Below are positions 46,178 to 60,195 of a stretch of 64,000 nt of DNA, piece after piece. Position numbers and translations under genes: made by a program. How positions within the stretch are numbered: position 1 is the first letter of the stretch; each line of letters begins with the position of its first letter. The notes under the pieces are model-generated. The model had not been told where the DNA came from and did no database searches. It was given only the letters and a program-made list of their open reading frames with translations. Origin of the DNA: Octopus sinensis (Eukaryota); assembly GCF_006345805.1 (NCBI RefSeq), contig NC_042997.1:144522001-144586000 (forward strand), written 5' to 3'.

Positions 46178-48889
46178 GGCTAAGTAGAAAGATAAAATGA
46201 ATATACAGATGAAAGAGGCTTAAATATTGGTTTTAAATTTTGGCACGAGAAATGCAAGTCTGGAGAAGGGACTAAGCTGATTACTTCGACACAGTGCTCA
46301 ACCAAAAGGAAGAAAAGTTGAGTTGACTTTGGAAGAATTTGAACTTGAAATGTAAAGGCGGATGAAAAGCTGCTAAGTATTTTGACTAGCACGGTAATGA
46401 TTCTGCCATCTTGCCACTTTAAATATTAAATATATATAACAAAAAATAAATAGAAAGAATTTGATAAACTAAAAGAGACTAGATTCTAACTCGTAGGAAT
46501 TACATCTATCTCTCACCTGCTAAATCTAAAAATTCTTACATAGCATATTTGCCAGCATATAAGACACGTGTTTTTATATTTTTAAACTTGAAAATTGCCC
46601 TGTGTCGAATGTGGCCATATTATGGATGGAAGACCAAGTGTTCATGGGAGCCAGTTAAACATAAGTCTCTTAGGTACAACAATTATTACTAAAAATCCTT
46701 TCTACTATAGGCACAATGTCTGAAATTTGAGGGAGAGGGATAGCTGATTATCGACCCCCAAAAGGATGAAAGGTAAATCGACCTTAGTAGAATTTGAACT
46801 CAGAACACGAAGATGGATGAAATACCGTTAAGCATTTTACCCAGTATGCTAATGATTCTGTCAGCTTGCTGCCAATTATTACTAATAATATAATATTGAA
46901 AATACACGAAATTATGACAGCTTGTTAGCACAAACTTATGGATAATTGCTTACAGTATGTCAGTAATAATGTGGAGTGGTCACATCATCATTATATCTTC
47001 TTCTCCAGCTTTCATAACCTACACCTGATATGTGTCTTATATTATTTAATTAGCAGAATGAAAAATTCTCCGAGAAAGACAAAAGGGATGTTAGCAAATT
47101 TCCATCTACCAATCAGCTATTTGCAACGAATGGATGACAACAAACTGTAGCAGTGTCTCGCCACCCTGATGGCTGACCATGATTATATAAAACATCACAG
47201 CCAAAAAGTACTTCATGCCGGTATAATGTTTTAATATTGCACAGAATAATACATTTTCCCCTACAAAACCACTTTAAACTATTTTTTAATATCCATATGA
47301 TGCAACATACTAAATTTGATTTTTCCACAAAATATCCTCGTAAAATGGGGTATGTGTCTTATGTGGGGCCACATCTTATGAAAAGATGCATTTTATATGC
47401 TGGAAAATATGATAATTTATGAATAATTGCTAGTAAAGGATACAAAGATTACTTTCTACTTTCTTTTTATATTTCAATCAAATCTATATATCACAAAAAT
47501 GGGATTTAAGTGAGAAATACGTTATTTAAAAAATTGAATTGTATTTTGTTGTGAATTACTTACATCTTTCTTATTTTGCATAGCAAATAAATTATCTGCT
47601 GAGAATGACCGGGGATACCAGAGTTGTGGTAGTTTCTGCATTCCGGATAGCACAGTCTTATATGCCATCAAGTTTGGCAGTTCTGTTTGAACAATATAAA
47701 CCATTGTAAAATCCGGTTTGTGTCTTGATAAAAGATTTAATGCAAATGGAAAGAATTTGTATTTAAAGAAAAAAAAGATAATCCTGCAGGTACGAAATTC
47801 AATGTCCACAACTTGGTGCGAAATAACTGAATCCTAGGAAACTCTTGGCAAATGGTAAATGCAGTGAAGTCTAATGTTCCTCACAGAACTTTTTATCTGA
47901 GAGCAAAGAAATGTTCACAGCGTAGTTCCGACCCATGTAGCACTCAATATTGCACATGTCTGATTGGCGTAATTAAGTGTAACTCGAGTAACCTAATGCC
48001 TGGTACAGACTTCACTGCTTGAGATTAACTGATAGCTAAACACCCATTAATGCCAGTAAGCCAAGAAGCAAGTGAGCATTATTTACCCACGTGCCCAGAT
48101 AGGCTTTATATTATCGGATTTGCTTGTGTATAAAATTAAGAGATTAACACTTATAAGGATTATGTTGTACAATTTTTTTTTAAATAAGAAAGAAAAGGTA
48201 GGGAGCATAAAGTAGATATTGACTTTAGTTTTTTTTTATAATTGCTATTGTTATTTAGCCCCAGGAGGTCAACCTTGAATGAACAAACCCATAACTAAAG
48301 TGTTGTAGCTATGACTATAACATCAGTTTCCAGCTTTGGTATACTTAAGGTTAATATGTCCTTCTCTCTTAAAGACAATAGGACCTACTTTTGAGGGAGA
48401 TCTGGTTGTTATTTCTAGCAAGTTGAATGATATTACATAATGCAGTTCTAGATTAAGTTTGAAATAAGGATGGGATCATTATGACTACAATGTTTTTAAT
48501 TAAAAGTCTTCTGGATCAGGATAGATTTGAGGCTAATTGAAACAGCTGCAATGTGGCAATGAGGGAGTTTCTATGTGGTTGCTTAATCTGCTAAAAATAG
48601 TAGCAAAATCTCCTTCAAACTACACTCTTTAAAAACGCAAAGACGTTTTTTTCTTTTTTTCTTTTTATTTGTTTCAGTAATTAGACTACAGCTATGCTGG
48701 AGCATCACCTCAAAGAATTTTTGTCAAATGGCAATATTAACAAAAATCTGTTATAAATGCCCCCCAAAACACCTGTTGGTCACAGGTTCAACAATCTGAA
48801 TTATAGGTCTGCTAGATCAGGATTGGCCTCAGCTTAAACAAAAATAACTCATCCAAGTGTAATAGCTAACTTTTAATGGTTGAACTCAA

Positions 48890-49195
48890 AGTAAAGGGTA
48901 ATGACCCCCTTCAGTCATGAATGACCATGGGATTCCACCTAGAAAGTTTCCCCCTGAGGCACAACTCCGGGCAAGGTTGTTTATGGAAGACCAGCAGTCA
49001 CCCATACATACCAGCCTCCCCCTCTCCACACCACTGATGTTATCCGAAGGAAAGGCAAACGCCGATACAGTTTGACACCAAGTGATGTTACAACTCATTT
49101 CTACAGCTGAGTGAACTGGAGTAATGTGAAATAAAGCCTCTTGCTCAAGAACACAACACACAACCAGGTCTGGAAATCAAACTCACTGCCTGATG
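48890..49195 (-). mobile_element. tRNA/CORE SINE family G
   Basis: Reverse complement of 27372-27692. Confidence 0.8.
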
Positions 49196-50424
49196 AAGTA
49201 GATAGAAGTAGATAGAGCTATAAATAATAGTATATATATATATTTGATTACACAAAAAAAAATAACCCTTTGGATAGGAATAATTCAAAGACTGCGTATA
49301 TTTTAAAAATTCATGGACTGGTTTCAATCATTAAACTGCGGCCATACTGGAGCACAAGTATGAAGGGTTTTAGTCAACTCTAGTATTTATTTCAGCCTTG
49401 TACTTATTCGATTGATCTCTCTTGACTGGTTAAGTTACTTTTTGATATAGAGGGACACAACTAAACACAGCATTTTACACACACAGGTGGCACTGGCAAT
49501 GACCATGCTTGAATGGTGCTTTTTATGTGCCACCGGCACAGGATCCAGTCAGGCAGCATGAGCATGATCATGGGTTCACTTACAAAGCACTGATTGACAT
49601 GAGACTACAGTATGGGCACTCTCAAGGGGGCAAGTGAACAGAATTGTTAGTGTATCAAACAAATTGCTTTGCAGCATTTCCTCCAAATCTATATGCTATG
49701 AGTTCATATCCTGTCGAGGTCAACCTTACTTTTCACCCTTTCAGGGTCAATAAAATAAAGTAGAAATCAATGGTGGTATGGTGGTGGTGGTGGTGAAAGT
49801 GTTGTTGGTATTGGTGATTGTGGTGATTGCTATCGTGATGATGATAATGACGTGATGCTGGGGGGGGGATGATGATGATGGTGGGGATGGTCATGATGAT
49901 GATGGTGGTGGTGGTGGGGATGGTGATGATGATGGCATTGATGACAGTGGGGAATGGTAATGGTGATGATGATGATGATGATGCACGATGAGATGGAACC
50001 TGACACCTTGTGTGTTTAGAAGCCAATTTCTTCTCCCAGACTGCTATCCTTGCTCAAATTATACACAAACTTTTATTTTTTTACCCTACTTCTTTTTGTT
50101 TTTTTCTTTTTTTTTAATTTCTTAATAGATAAAAATGCAATACAGGGAGTTAGTTCAATAATCTGCTGTTGTTGGTGACCAAAGATTAAGTGGAGAGTAA
50201 GTAGATAGGGAGAGAGAAAGAAGGAGAGAAAGAGAGGAAGGAGGGAGAGAAACACAGAGAGAGGGGAAAAAAAGAGAGAGAGAATAGCAATGGACTGTAG
50301 TGAAATAGAGGGGGGAGAGGGAGAGGAGATAGCAGTGGATTAACAGATTAGAGCTGATAAGAAAGAAGATCTTACAATAACCATTTGGCATGTTACTGGG
50401 GAAGATAAGCAGACTGACAGTTAA

Positions 50425-51135
50425 TTAGTGATAGGGTGATAGTTGTGGTGGTGGTGGTGGTGGTGTTGATGACAGTAATGATGATGATGATGGTGATGGA
50501 GATAGTGGTGATGGGGTGATGACAATGGTGAGGATAGTGGTGGTAGTAGTTCTGGTGGTAACACAGAAGTGTTAGCTTTGTCTGCAGTGGGTGTGATAGT
50601 GTGGATGATGATGTAGTGATGGTGGTGGCAGCGGTGTATGGTGGTGATGGTAGTGTATGGTGGCAGTGGCATTGTATGGTGGTGGTGGTTGTGGCATTGT
50701 GTTGTGGTGGTGGCTATAGTGGTGATAGCGGTATGGTGGTCGCAGTAGTGCAAATGTGGTGACAGTGCTACTGATGGTATTGGTGATGATGATGATGATG
50801 TTAATGGTGATGATAGTGGTGGTGGTCGTCGTGGCAGTGGGAGTGCTGAAGGTAGTGGTGGTGGTGATGGTGATAGTACGATGTTAATGATGGTGTCGCT
50901 AATGATGATAGTAATGATAGCACTGGTGGAAGTGACACTGTTGATGGAGCTGATGGTAATGTTGTTGTTGTTCCTGGTGGTGGTGGTGGTGGTGGTAGTG
51001 TTGGTTTTGATGGTATCAGCCATGTTGGAGTTGTGGTGGTGGTAGTGTTGATAGGAATGGTTGTAGCAGTTCTTATAGTGGCAGCAGTGAGCAGATGCGA
51101 AAATATTGGTGATGCAAAAGGTGGTAGTGGTGATT
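50425..51135. repeat. Long imperfect (GTG/GAT) trinucleotide tract; a second tract lies at about 49770-49985
   Basis: Produces the H/T/I/P-rich pseudo-ORF 50421-51023. Confidence 0.9.
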
Positions 51136-51422
51136 ATTGATTAACCCCAGGTCAGACTGATTAAGCAAATCTATGGATTAAAGACATTCCAATCATTACC
51201 ATACCAGACAAGTTCTTGTAACACAGCATTGTGTGATAAGAGGGAGGTTAGGCCACTATTTCTAGCAGTCTAGGTGACCAGGTAGAGACACCTCAGATTG
51301 GCAGAATTGGTCATTCAGCAGTTACCCTTATTTTACATTCTGGTGATGAACAACAATATCATGAACATTTGTTATCAATGGTGTTGCTGTTTTGATCAGA
51401 AAAATATTGAAGAAATAAAGAG

Positions 51423-52113
51423 GGGAAGGCGTGGCTGTGTAGTAAGAAGTTTGCTTCTCAACCACATAGTTCTGGGTTCAGTCCCATTGTGTGGCACATT
51501 GAGCATGTGTCTTTGACTGTAACCTCTGGCCAACTAAAGCTTTGCAAAGGGATTTGGTAAACAGAAACTGAAAGAAGCCCATGTGTGTATGTATAAGTGT
51601 GTGTGTGTGTGTTTCAAGCCAAGTGAGGCCACAACTTTGTGGCCTATGCCAGGGGGTAACCAGCCCACTTATGCATACCTTTCCTTCATTGGACACTAAA
51701 CTCTGCTTGTGAAAACCTGTTGGGACAAGTGAAATCGAATCAAATTCAATGACTGGCATCTGTGCTAGTGGAGCGCTAAGAGCACCATCCAGCTGTAGAA
51801 ACTCTGCCAGATCAGATTAGAGCCTGGTGCAACCATCTGGTTTGCCAGTCTTCAGTCAAATCGTCCAACCCATGCTAGCATGGAAAGCGGATGTTAAATG
51901 ATGATGATGATGTGTGTGTGTCTGTGTTTATGATTATTCTCCACCACCACTTGGCATCTGGCGTTGGTTTGTTTATGATCCTTGAAACTTAGAGGTTTGG
52001 CCATAGAGACAGATAGAATCAGTACCAGGCTTTAAAAAAAAAGTTCTACTAAAACTCATCCAGGTGATGCTCCAGCATGGCTGCAGTCTAATGACTGAAC
52101 CAAGTAAAAGATA
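51423..52113 (+). mobile_element. CORE SINE family B split by a family D retroposon inserted in its (TG)n linker
   Basis: SINE head 51423-51610; insert at about 51613-51912 ending GTTAAATGATGATGATG; SINE tail resumes and ends GCTCCAGCATGGCTGCAGTCTAATGACTGAAC. Confidence 0.75.
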
Positions 52114-54019
52114 AAAGTCCAAGAATCAATAAAAAAATAAATGAAAATAATAGATGGAATCGTCCAGATTTTGTTATTGACATAAACTTTACTAATGAGT
52201 CAAACACTTAGATCTACACATTTCAATTTCACTTTTTTCTCTCTAGTGGTCTTTCTAATTATTGACTAACTTCTTGTACTATTAGCCGTGATAGAGTAAG
52301 ATGTTATTTTTATTCAAATACATGATATATGATTTGGCTACAGAATACTGATAAGTTTGATTGAGAGGTTGCTGAAGTTCGTTGGAGTTGGATACTGTTT
52401 TTATCTGGATGAGAAAAACATATTCTAAATATAAATAAATTACAAATCAGTGAAGACATATACATATTGGCTGATTGATTATCAATTATATTTGAGAGTA
52501 TAATTGGCTGTTGAAAGATAGAACCTAGTTGAATTGATAGACTGGTGATGGCTTATTAGCCAAAACCTCAGGGATTTTTTTTCTTTTTATATCGTTACAG
52601 ATACTGTGTTGCATACATGAGAAAGGGAGAGGTCACTTAACCCTCTCAATAGCTTAACTGAGCCAGTTAAGTTATCATGGAATATTGTAGTTCACTGTTA
52701 TAAACAGTGGAAGCATTGTGCTATCAACATCGCTACTTAACTAGAGGCGTATATTCCAAGTGTGTTACGTGTGTACTGAACACCCATCGAAAATGGCAAA
52801 TTCGTTATAAATATTAACCTTACTCATTAAATTTAATCACAAATCATAATGGAAAGCTTTTGTCATACCCCTGCTTGAAATTTGGTGGTGGCTGTCCTGA
52901 AATAACACTGTACACCTCACAGCACATTGTATCATTATATGATACTGGACGTAGAATATGGGAGAATGGTAAAAAATTAATGGCAAAGGATATACAACAG
53001 CTTTGACAGCACAGTCACATGTTCGTTTGCATGGTGAGGAGTTGTACATTTAAATTAATTAAAAAATTTTTAAACTAAAACTAATTTTTTTTACAATAAT
53101 CTTTTTCTTATAATATCGTCATATAACTTTGATCTTAGTTTGTTTTTAAAACTAATAACACACTGCATTTTGAATTGAAATACACAGTTTGTATGCTTAA
53201 TTTGAATAATACTAATGTTAGTCATAGAATGGTCGGTGTGGCAGCAAACCCAATGACAACAACCACCATACACCACTGTATTTAACATCCTTGGTCCATG
53301 CTGGCAGGAGTTGGACAGAAGAAGGGAAACTAGAGGACTGTGTTTAGCATGGTTTCTTGAGTTGGATGCCCTTCCTAATGTCAACCACTTCAAAGAATGT
53401 ACTGGATACTTTTTAATGTGGCACCCATTGAGACATATTAATTTATAATAATTAATTCAAATTTTCTTTTCCTCTCTGTCTGCAAAACCTACAATGGGAC
53501 TAGCATGGTGTTCCAATCCTAAAGGAGGGACTGACTCTCCCGTGCCTTCATTAACAATGATGATGATGACAGTGATATGGTAGCTTGATACTTCTTAACT
53601 ACAGTGTAATATTTAGAGCAACCAATCCCATACCTGCCCCCCCCCCCACCAAAAAAAACCCAAAACAAACAGACAAAAAAAAACTGTTGATTGTATATAA
53701 TGACTGAAATCAACCCAATACTATTATTTACCAAGCAAAACTGTCAACCAGCTTCAGTAGAAACCTTAATCAGGTATAAACTCATTCAAGTGTGCTGTTG
53801 AATTAGGACAGAATGAAGGAGGATATAAAGAATGGTTGTTATGTGGCCTCAAGTTAGAGGTCACATAATCCTTCAATCAGACCAGTGGCATGCAAGTAAT
53901 CAGCTGACAATTGGGTGTGGCCCTCAAATCTGTTCAACATATGTTGTGCCTTCACTTAACTAAGGATCATACTATGCAGTCCAATATACAGTGATGATCT
54001 ATTTTTAGCTTTTTTATCT

Positions 54020-54392
54020 TTCACTTGTTTCAGTCACTGGATTGTGATCATGCTGGGGCACCACTTTGAAGGGTTTGTTAGTTGATTGAATCAAGTCCAG
54101 CACTTATATTTTAAAGTATGGTGATTATTCTAGTAGGCCCTTTTGGTGAAATGCTAAGTTACAAGGACATAAACAACCCAACATTGATTATCACAGAGTT
54201 GGGGGATAAAGTCAGAGTCCCATATATACACACATACATAGATACATTCAAATGAGATTCCAGGTTCTGTCTATCAAATCCAGTCAAAGTTTTGATTGTT
54301 CTGGGACTTGCCCCGGATAACACATAGTGGGGCTGAACCCAAGACCACATGACTGGAAAGCAAGTTTCTTAACCACACAGCCATGTCTGTGC
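54020..54392 (-). mobile_element. CORE SINE family B, degenerate
   Basis: TTGTTTCAGTCACTGG...CATGCTGGGGCACC at the left; AACCACACAGCCATG at the right. Confidence 0.65.
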
Positions 54393-54448
54393 TTGTTCAT
54401 GTACTTTCACCATTGCTCAGTCTATTTTTGTATACAACCTTTGAACAT

Positions 54449-54802
54449 TGGGCCTGACGGAGGCAAAGTGGTTGAGTTCCTTTTGAGCATTGGGCCTCAT
54501 GGAGGCAAAGTGGCTGAGTTCCTTTTGAGCATTGGGCCTCATGGAAGCAAAGTGGCTGAGTTCCTTTCAAATGTTGGGCCTGATGGAGGCAAAGCCGCTG
54601 AGTTCCCTTTGAGCATTGGGCCTCATGGAGGCAAAGTGACTGAGTTCCTTTCGAGTGTTGGGCCTGATGGAGGCAAAGCCACTGAGTTCCCTTTGAGCAT
54701 TGGGCCTCATGGAGGCAAAGTGACTGAGTTCCTTTTGAGCATTGGGCCTCATGGAGGCAAACTGGCTGAGTTCCTTTCAAGTGTTGGGCCTCATGGAGGC
54801 AA
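54449..54802. repeat. 42-bp minisatellite, about 8.4 units
   Basis: TGGGCCTCATGGAGGCAAAGTGGCTGAGTTCCTTTTGAGCAT units start at 54449, 54491, 54533 ... 54785; inverted related units at about 57575-57722. Confidence 0.95.
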
Positions 54803-55502
54803 TGACCAAGACCTTTGGCATTATGTCGTGCTTCAAAGGTCGACTTTGTCTTTCATCCTTTCAGAGTCAATAAATTAAGTACGATGTAATCAATTAGTAC
54901 CCCTGCCCCAAATTACAGGACTTGTACCTTTAGTAGAAAGGATTATTATTATTATTATTATTATTATTATAACAATAGCATCTCTTTTCCATACTGGCAT
55001 GGGTTGAATTGTTGGGCAGAATATGAGCCACAGGGCTGTGTCAAGCTCCAATGTTAGCTTTGGCATGTTTTCTACAGCTGGATGCCCTTCCTTACTGGTT
55101 ATTAAATTTCACTTCCAATGCATTTGTCAAACCATCATCACAGTAGTTAAGTACCACAAAGTGGAATCGAACCTGAAACCTTTTGGTTGCAAAGCTAACG
55201 TCTTAACTACATAACCATTTGTTTTCGAGCTGAACATTATAATAGATGCTTTACACTGTATATTTAGAGCCAAGCTTATTTCTGACTTCAAATCACACCA
55301 GTATCGATAATTAGAAAGAAAAAAAAAAATTCTTCAGGATTAATAAAATAAACAACAGCAGTAATAACATATATAACTGGTAATATTTTGGGATTGGTTT
55401 AGTCAATTACGATCCTTTTCATTAACATGGAGTCTCATACCTAATTAAATGAAATCAATATCGTAACCACATTTCAGTTATTAATCTGTTCAGTTGCTGT
55501 TC

Positions 55503-55533
<31 letters not shown>

Positions 55534-56165
55534 CTTTGTTTTTCAATTACATAGTCCAGTTTACAGGATAGCATAGCAGAATATTTAGAAGCTGAAACCT
55601 TTTTTCTAATTATATTGTTGCTCGTTATTACCTCAAATATCTATTCTAATTTATCACAAATAAACAATAACAACTATGATAGCAACAAAAACAACAGCAA
55701 TAGCAACAACAACAACAACAGCAGCATCAACATCATTAATAGTAAACCTGTTAATCTTTTTTTCCTTCTCACCAATATCTACTAAATACTGCAAATTTAC
55801 TAAGCTGAAATTAATGATATGGTTGATTGGAGCAAATCCTATTTGAAAAGCAATAGAAAATATCAAGATTTATTTACTCACTAATTATGAATGCAGTTCT
55901 TCACTAACACACAATTACAAACACCAATTTAAATCGTTCGTCTAAGATTATAATTATCCGACAATTATTTGACTGGAAAATAAGTAAACCATCAACACAT
56001 TTCTTTTTCTTTTTGTCTTGAATATGTAAAGAGTAAATGTTAGAATACTGCTCTACCACTGCTGTTGTTGGCATCATTGTTTTAACATCTTCTTTTCTAT
56101 GCTTGCATGGGTTAGGTGATATTCACTGAGGCAATTTTTCTATAACCAACTATGACCAAATGCCT

Positions 56166-56385
56166 ATTTCTTTACTACCCACAAGGGGCTAAACACAGAG
56201 AGGACAAACAAGGACAGACAAACGGATTAAGTCAATTATATCGACCCCAGTGCGTAACTGGTACTTATTTCATCGACCCCGGAAGGATGAAAGGCAAAGT
56301 CGACCTTGGCAGAATTTGAACTCAGAATGTAGCAGCAGACGAAATACCGCTAAGCATTTTGCCCGGCACGCTAACGTTTCTGCCA
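56166..56385 (-). mobile_element. SINE family A with TSD
   Basis: 12-bp TSD GACCAAATGCCT (56154-56165 / 56386-56397). Confidence 0.9.
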
Positions 56386-56939
56386 GACCAAATGCCTTTC
56401 ATGCAGTCAACCCTTACGTGTTTCCAAAAAGGGTAATATTTCCTCATGCCTGGCCATGTTTCCATGGAAGACTGGAAATAAATGACACTGCTTGTATAAC
56501 AAGGATATTTGTTTACAATTATCAGATGTTTACAAGAAAAGGAGATACAAACATATGCATATATATATACATATATGTATATACTAATAACATCTAAATT
56601 CATTCAACTGTTCAGCTGTGTTGTAGAAGTAGGACTGAATGATATACATACATATACATCATCAACATTTAACGTCCGTTTTCCTTGGCATGGGTTGGAT
56701 GGTCTGACCAGAGCTGGCCAGCCAGAGAGCTGCACCAAATTCCAGTCTGATTTGGCATGGTTTCTATGGTTGGATGCCATTCCTAATGCTAACCACTTTA
56801 CAGTGTGTGCTGGGTGCTTTTAATGTGCCACCGCACAAGCACTATTACATGGCACTGGCATGAGTGCGTCTATGTGGTACCAGCACAGAACTCTTGAAGG
56901 CCAATCCTCTTCACTAAGGGGACTGACCTTAACATTTCT

Positions 56940-57171
56940 TATTTCTTTATTGTCCACAAGGGGCTAAACATAGAGGGGAGAAACAAGGACAGACAAAGGG
57001 ATTAAGTCGATAACATTGACCCCAGTGCATAACTGGTACTTAATTTATTGACCCCAAAAGGATGAAAGGCAAAGTGAACCTCGGTGGAATTTGAACTCAG
57101 AATGAAAGACAGACGAAATACCGCTAAGCATTTCACCCGGCATGCTAACGTTTCTGCCAGCTTCCCGCCCT
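56940..57171 (-). mobile_element. SINE family A with TSD
   Basis: 17-bp TSD CTGA(C/A)CTTAACATTTCT (56923-56939 / 57172-57188). Confidence 0.9.
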
Positions 57172-57279
57172 CTGAACTTAACATTTCTGCAGTAGAGGAC
57201 TGGTTGAATACAGCAAGGTGCCAGGTATCTTGGTCCTTTGTCATCTCATCTGCACATCACATATATGTGTGTGTGTATC

Positions 57280-57722
57280 ATCATTGTCATCATTTAATGT
57301 CCACTGCTCATGCTTGCATGTGTTGGACAGTTTGACCAGGGCTGGTATGCTGCAAGGCTGCACCAGACTCCAGTTTGATTTGGCATGGTTTTCTATGGCT
57401 GGATGCCCTTCCTAATGCCAACCACTCTGAAAGTGTAGTGGGTGCTTTTAAGTGCTATCAGCACGGGTACCGTTTGTGTGACACTGGTATCTGCCATGAC
57501 TGATTTTGCTCAGCTTTATGGGTCTTCTTCTCAGCTACGTCATAATGCCAAATGTCTCGGTCATTGCCTCTGTGAGACCCAACACTTGAAAGGAACTCAT
57601 CCACTTTGCCTCCATGAGGCCCAATGCTTGAAAGGAACTCAGCCAGTTATGCTTCCGTGAGGCCTAATGCTCGATAGGAACTGGGCCACTTAGCCTCCAT
57701 GAGGCCCAACGCTCGTAAGGAA
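57280..57722 (-). mobile_element. Family D-type retroposon carrying the 42-bp repeat
   Basis: Reverse RTE-type tail at the left; GGAACTCAGCCAC..TGCCTCCATGAGGCCCAA units at the right. Confidence 0.65.
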
Positions 57723-57756
57723 CAATATACACACACACGCACACACACATATATTC

Positions 57757-58138
57757 TTTTATGCTTTTACTTGTTTCAGTCACTTGACCTGGGCCATGCT
57801 GGAGCACTGCCTTTTATTCAAAGAAATTGATCCCAGGACTTATTCTTTGTAAGCCTGGTACTTATTCTATTGATCTCTTTTGCTTAACTGCTAAGTTTTG
57901 GGAACATAAACACACCAGCATTGGTTGTCAAGTGATGGCGCTGGGGTGAAAAACACAGACATATATACATATATATACAACAGGCTTCTTTCAGTTTCCG
58001 ACCAAATTCATTTAAAAGGCTCTGGTCGGCCCGAGGCTATAGTAGATGTCACTTGCACAAGGTGACACACAGTGGGACTGAACCTAGAACCATGTGGTTG
58101 GGAAGCAAGCTTCTTACCACACAGCCACTCCTGCACCT
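57757..58138 (-). mobile_element. CORE SINE family B
   Basis: CTTTTACTTGTTTCAGTCAC...ACACAGCCACTCCTGCACCT. Confidence 0.85.
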
Positions 58139-58763
58139 ATATATCATCATCATCATTTAATGTCTGCTTTCCATGCTGATATGGGTTAGACGACATAACT
58201 GGAACTGGTAAGCCGGAGAGCTGCATCAAGTTCCACTCCAATAGTGTAATGGGTGTTTTTTATGTGTCACCTGCATGAGTATGTAAAAAGCACCCATCAC
58301 ACTCATATAATGGCAGGCTTCTTTCAGTTTCTATCTCACTTTACGAAGTCAATAACATAAAGTACCAGTCTAAGTACATGGGTGGATTGTATTGACCAAA
58401 TCCTCCCTTAAGAATTGCTGGATTTGTGCCTAAGCCAGAAATCGTTATTCCGTCAGTGAGACTAAATTTTTACCAGCTATTCCAGAGTAACAGAGTATCA
58501 GAAGGCGGGACGAATTTGTTGTGTGTGTGTGTGTGTGTGTGTGTGTTGGGTGTATATCTTAACTACATCCACTCGTAAATGATTCCCATGGATACGCAGT
58601 TCAGTTTTGTCTGCAGAGAAATAGTAAAATGTCTCAAGTTTTATTGCAATTAATTGCTTGTTCATCCTTGCCAAATGCTACAAATGAAGTAAAGAAATAC
58701 AATGAAAATGATGCCGCATTGATTGGTATGCAACACAATAATAATAATAATAATAATAATAAC

Positions 58764-59318
58764 TGCCCCGATGCAGTACCAGACAGTGGCTTTCATGGCT
58801 TCTGATCTTAACTGATTGGAAGTGTTATCATGTACATTGTTTTGTCTTGGTATAAAAGATGGGCTACAGCAAATATTCTGCTCAATACCACAGATTTGCT
58901 TGTCAGTTGTTTGGCCTTAACCAGTTGAGCATGTCCCTTAGTGGCTGACGATATGTGCATCTCTGATCACGAGCAGAAGTAGTGGGGGAGCATCATGGCC
59001 ATGTGTTGAGAGGGATTCTTTGGGGTTTGAATAATTCACCTCTGGAAACATGGGTGGTTTTTCAACATCCTAAAGCAACCCTTATTCAGGGACCTTTTGA
59101 GCAGGATGGGCTACTCAACCTGAAGAAAATTCTAACTGGGCCCCACCTGCAAGGTCATGTGCTGTTTATCTTGATATGAGATCGCCATGTCGCGCACATA
59201 TGGTTGTGATGCATGTGCCTGGTGTACCCTTATCAGACTGGTAGTCATGATGGGTATATTGGGCTTCGTATATTTTACCCCAATGTCACTTTGATGGCAT
59301 GAACTACTCTCTCACTCA
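58764..59318 (-). mobile_element. Non-coding element family E flanked by (AAT)n
   Basis: Co-linear with 14393-14957; (AAT)n on both sides. Confidence 0.88.
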
Positions 59319-59440
59319 ATAATAATAATAATAATGATGATGTTGATGATAATAATGTAATAAATAATTGGCTTTTGTTTATAAACTTTCAATAGTTGTA
59401 TACTTTGCAAGTTGTGGAATCCATGTTTATTTCTCCTTTA

Positions 59441-59639
59441 CACTTTTACTTGTTTCAGTCGTTTTGACTGTGACCATACTGGAGCACCACCTTTTAGTCG
59501 AAGAAATTAACCCCTGGACTTATTCTTTGTAAGCCTGGTACTTATTCTATTGGTCTGTTCTGCTGAACTGCTAAGTTACGGGTACATAAACACACCATGA
59601 TCTGTTGTCGTGCAATGGTGGAGGGACAAACACATACAA

Positions 59640-59708
<69 letters not shown>

Positions 59709-59869
59709 ACAGGCTTCTTTCAGTTTCTGTCTACCAAATCAACTCACAAGGCTTTGGTTGGCCTGAGCCTATAGTAGAAGACACATGGCAAAGGTGCCAT
59801 GCAGTGGAACTGAACCTGGGACAATGTGGTTGGGAAGCAAGCTACTTACCACACAGTCGCACCTGCACC
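59441..59869 (-). mobile_element. CORE SINE family B
   Basis: Complete bipartite structure with a (CA)n(TA)n linker. Confidence 0.85.
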
Positions 59870-60195
59870 TTTGTTAATGATTTACTCAAAGTAGTGGGAG
59901 CAACACCTGTGATCCTTTTTAAAGCTTCAATGACCAGAGATTTGGTATGAATGGTTGCAGTAGAGTGAACTCTGTTGAAGGCACCCACAAACCAGCTGGT
60001 GGTCTTAAAACTAGCTATAGAAATATAATGAAATAAGCCAATGAACTGAAGTGTAGCATTCATCATCACCATGATTCCCAGCTATCTTCCACATTCATTA
60101 AGGATATAATGCAATTAATGTAATAATGTGATATAGTCATTACTGTAACAACATCGATTATTATCAGCAGCAGTAGCAGCAGCAGCATCATTTAA

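Noticed and set aside
50421-51023. 200-aa His/Thr/Pro-rich ORF
   Set aside because: Translation of a (GTG/GAT)n tract.
54327-54878. 183-aa repeat protein annotated as a CDS
   Set aside because: Starts inside a SINE, is open only because the unit is 42 bp, and the unit derives from a retroposon; kept as a finding, not a gene.
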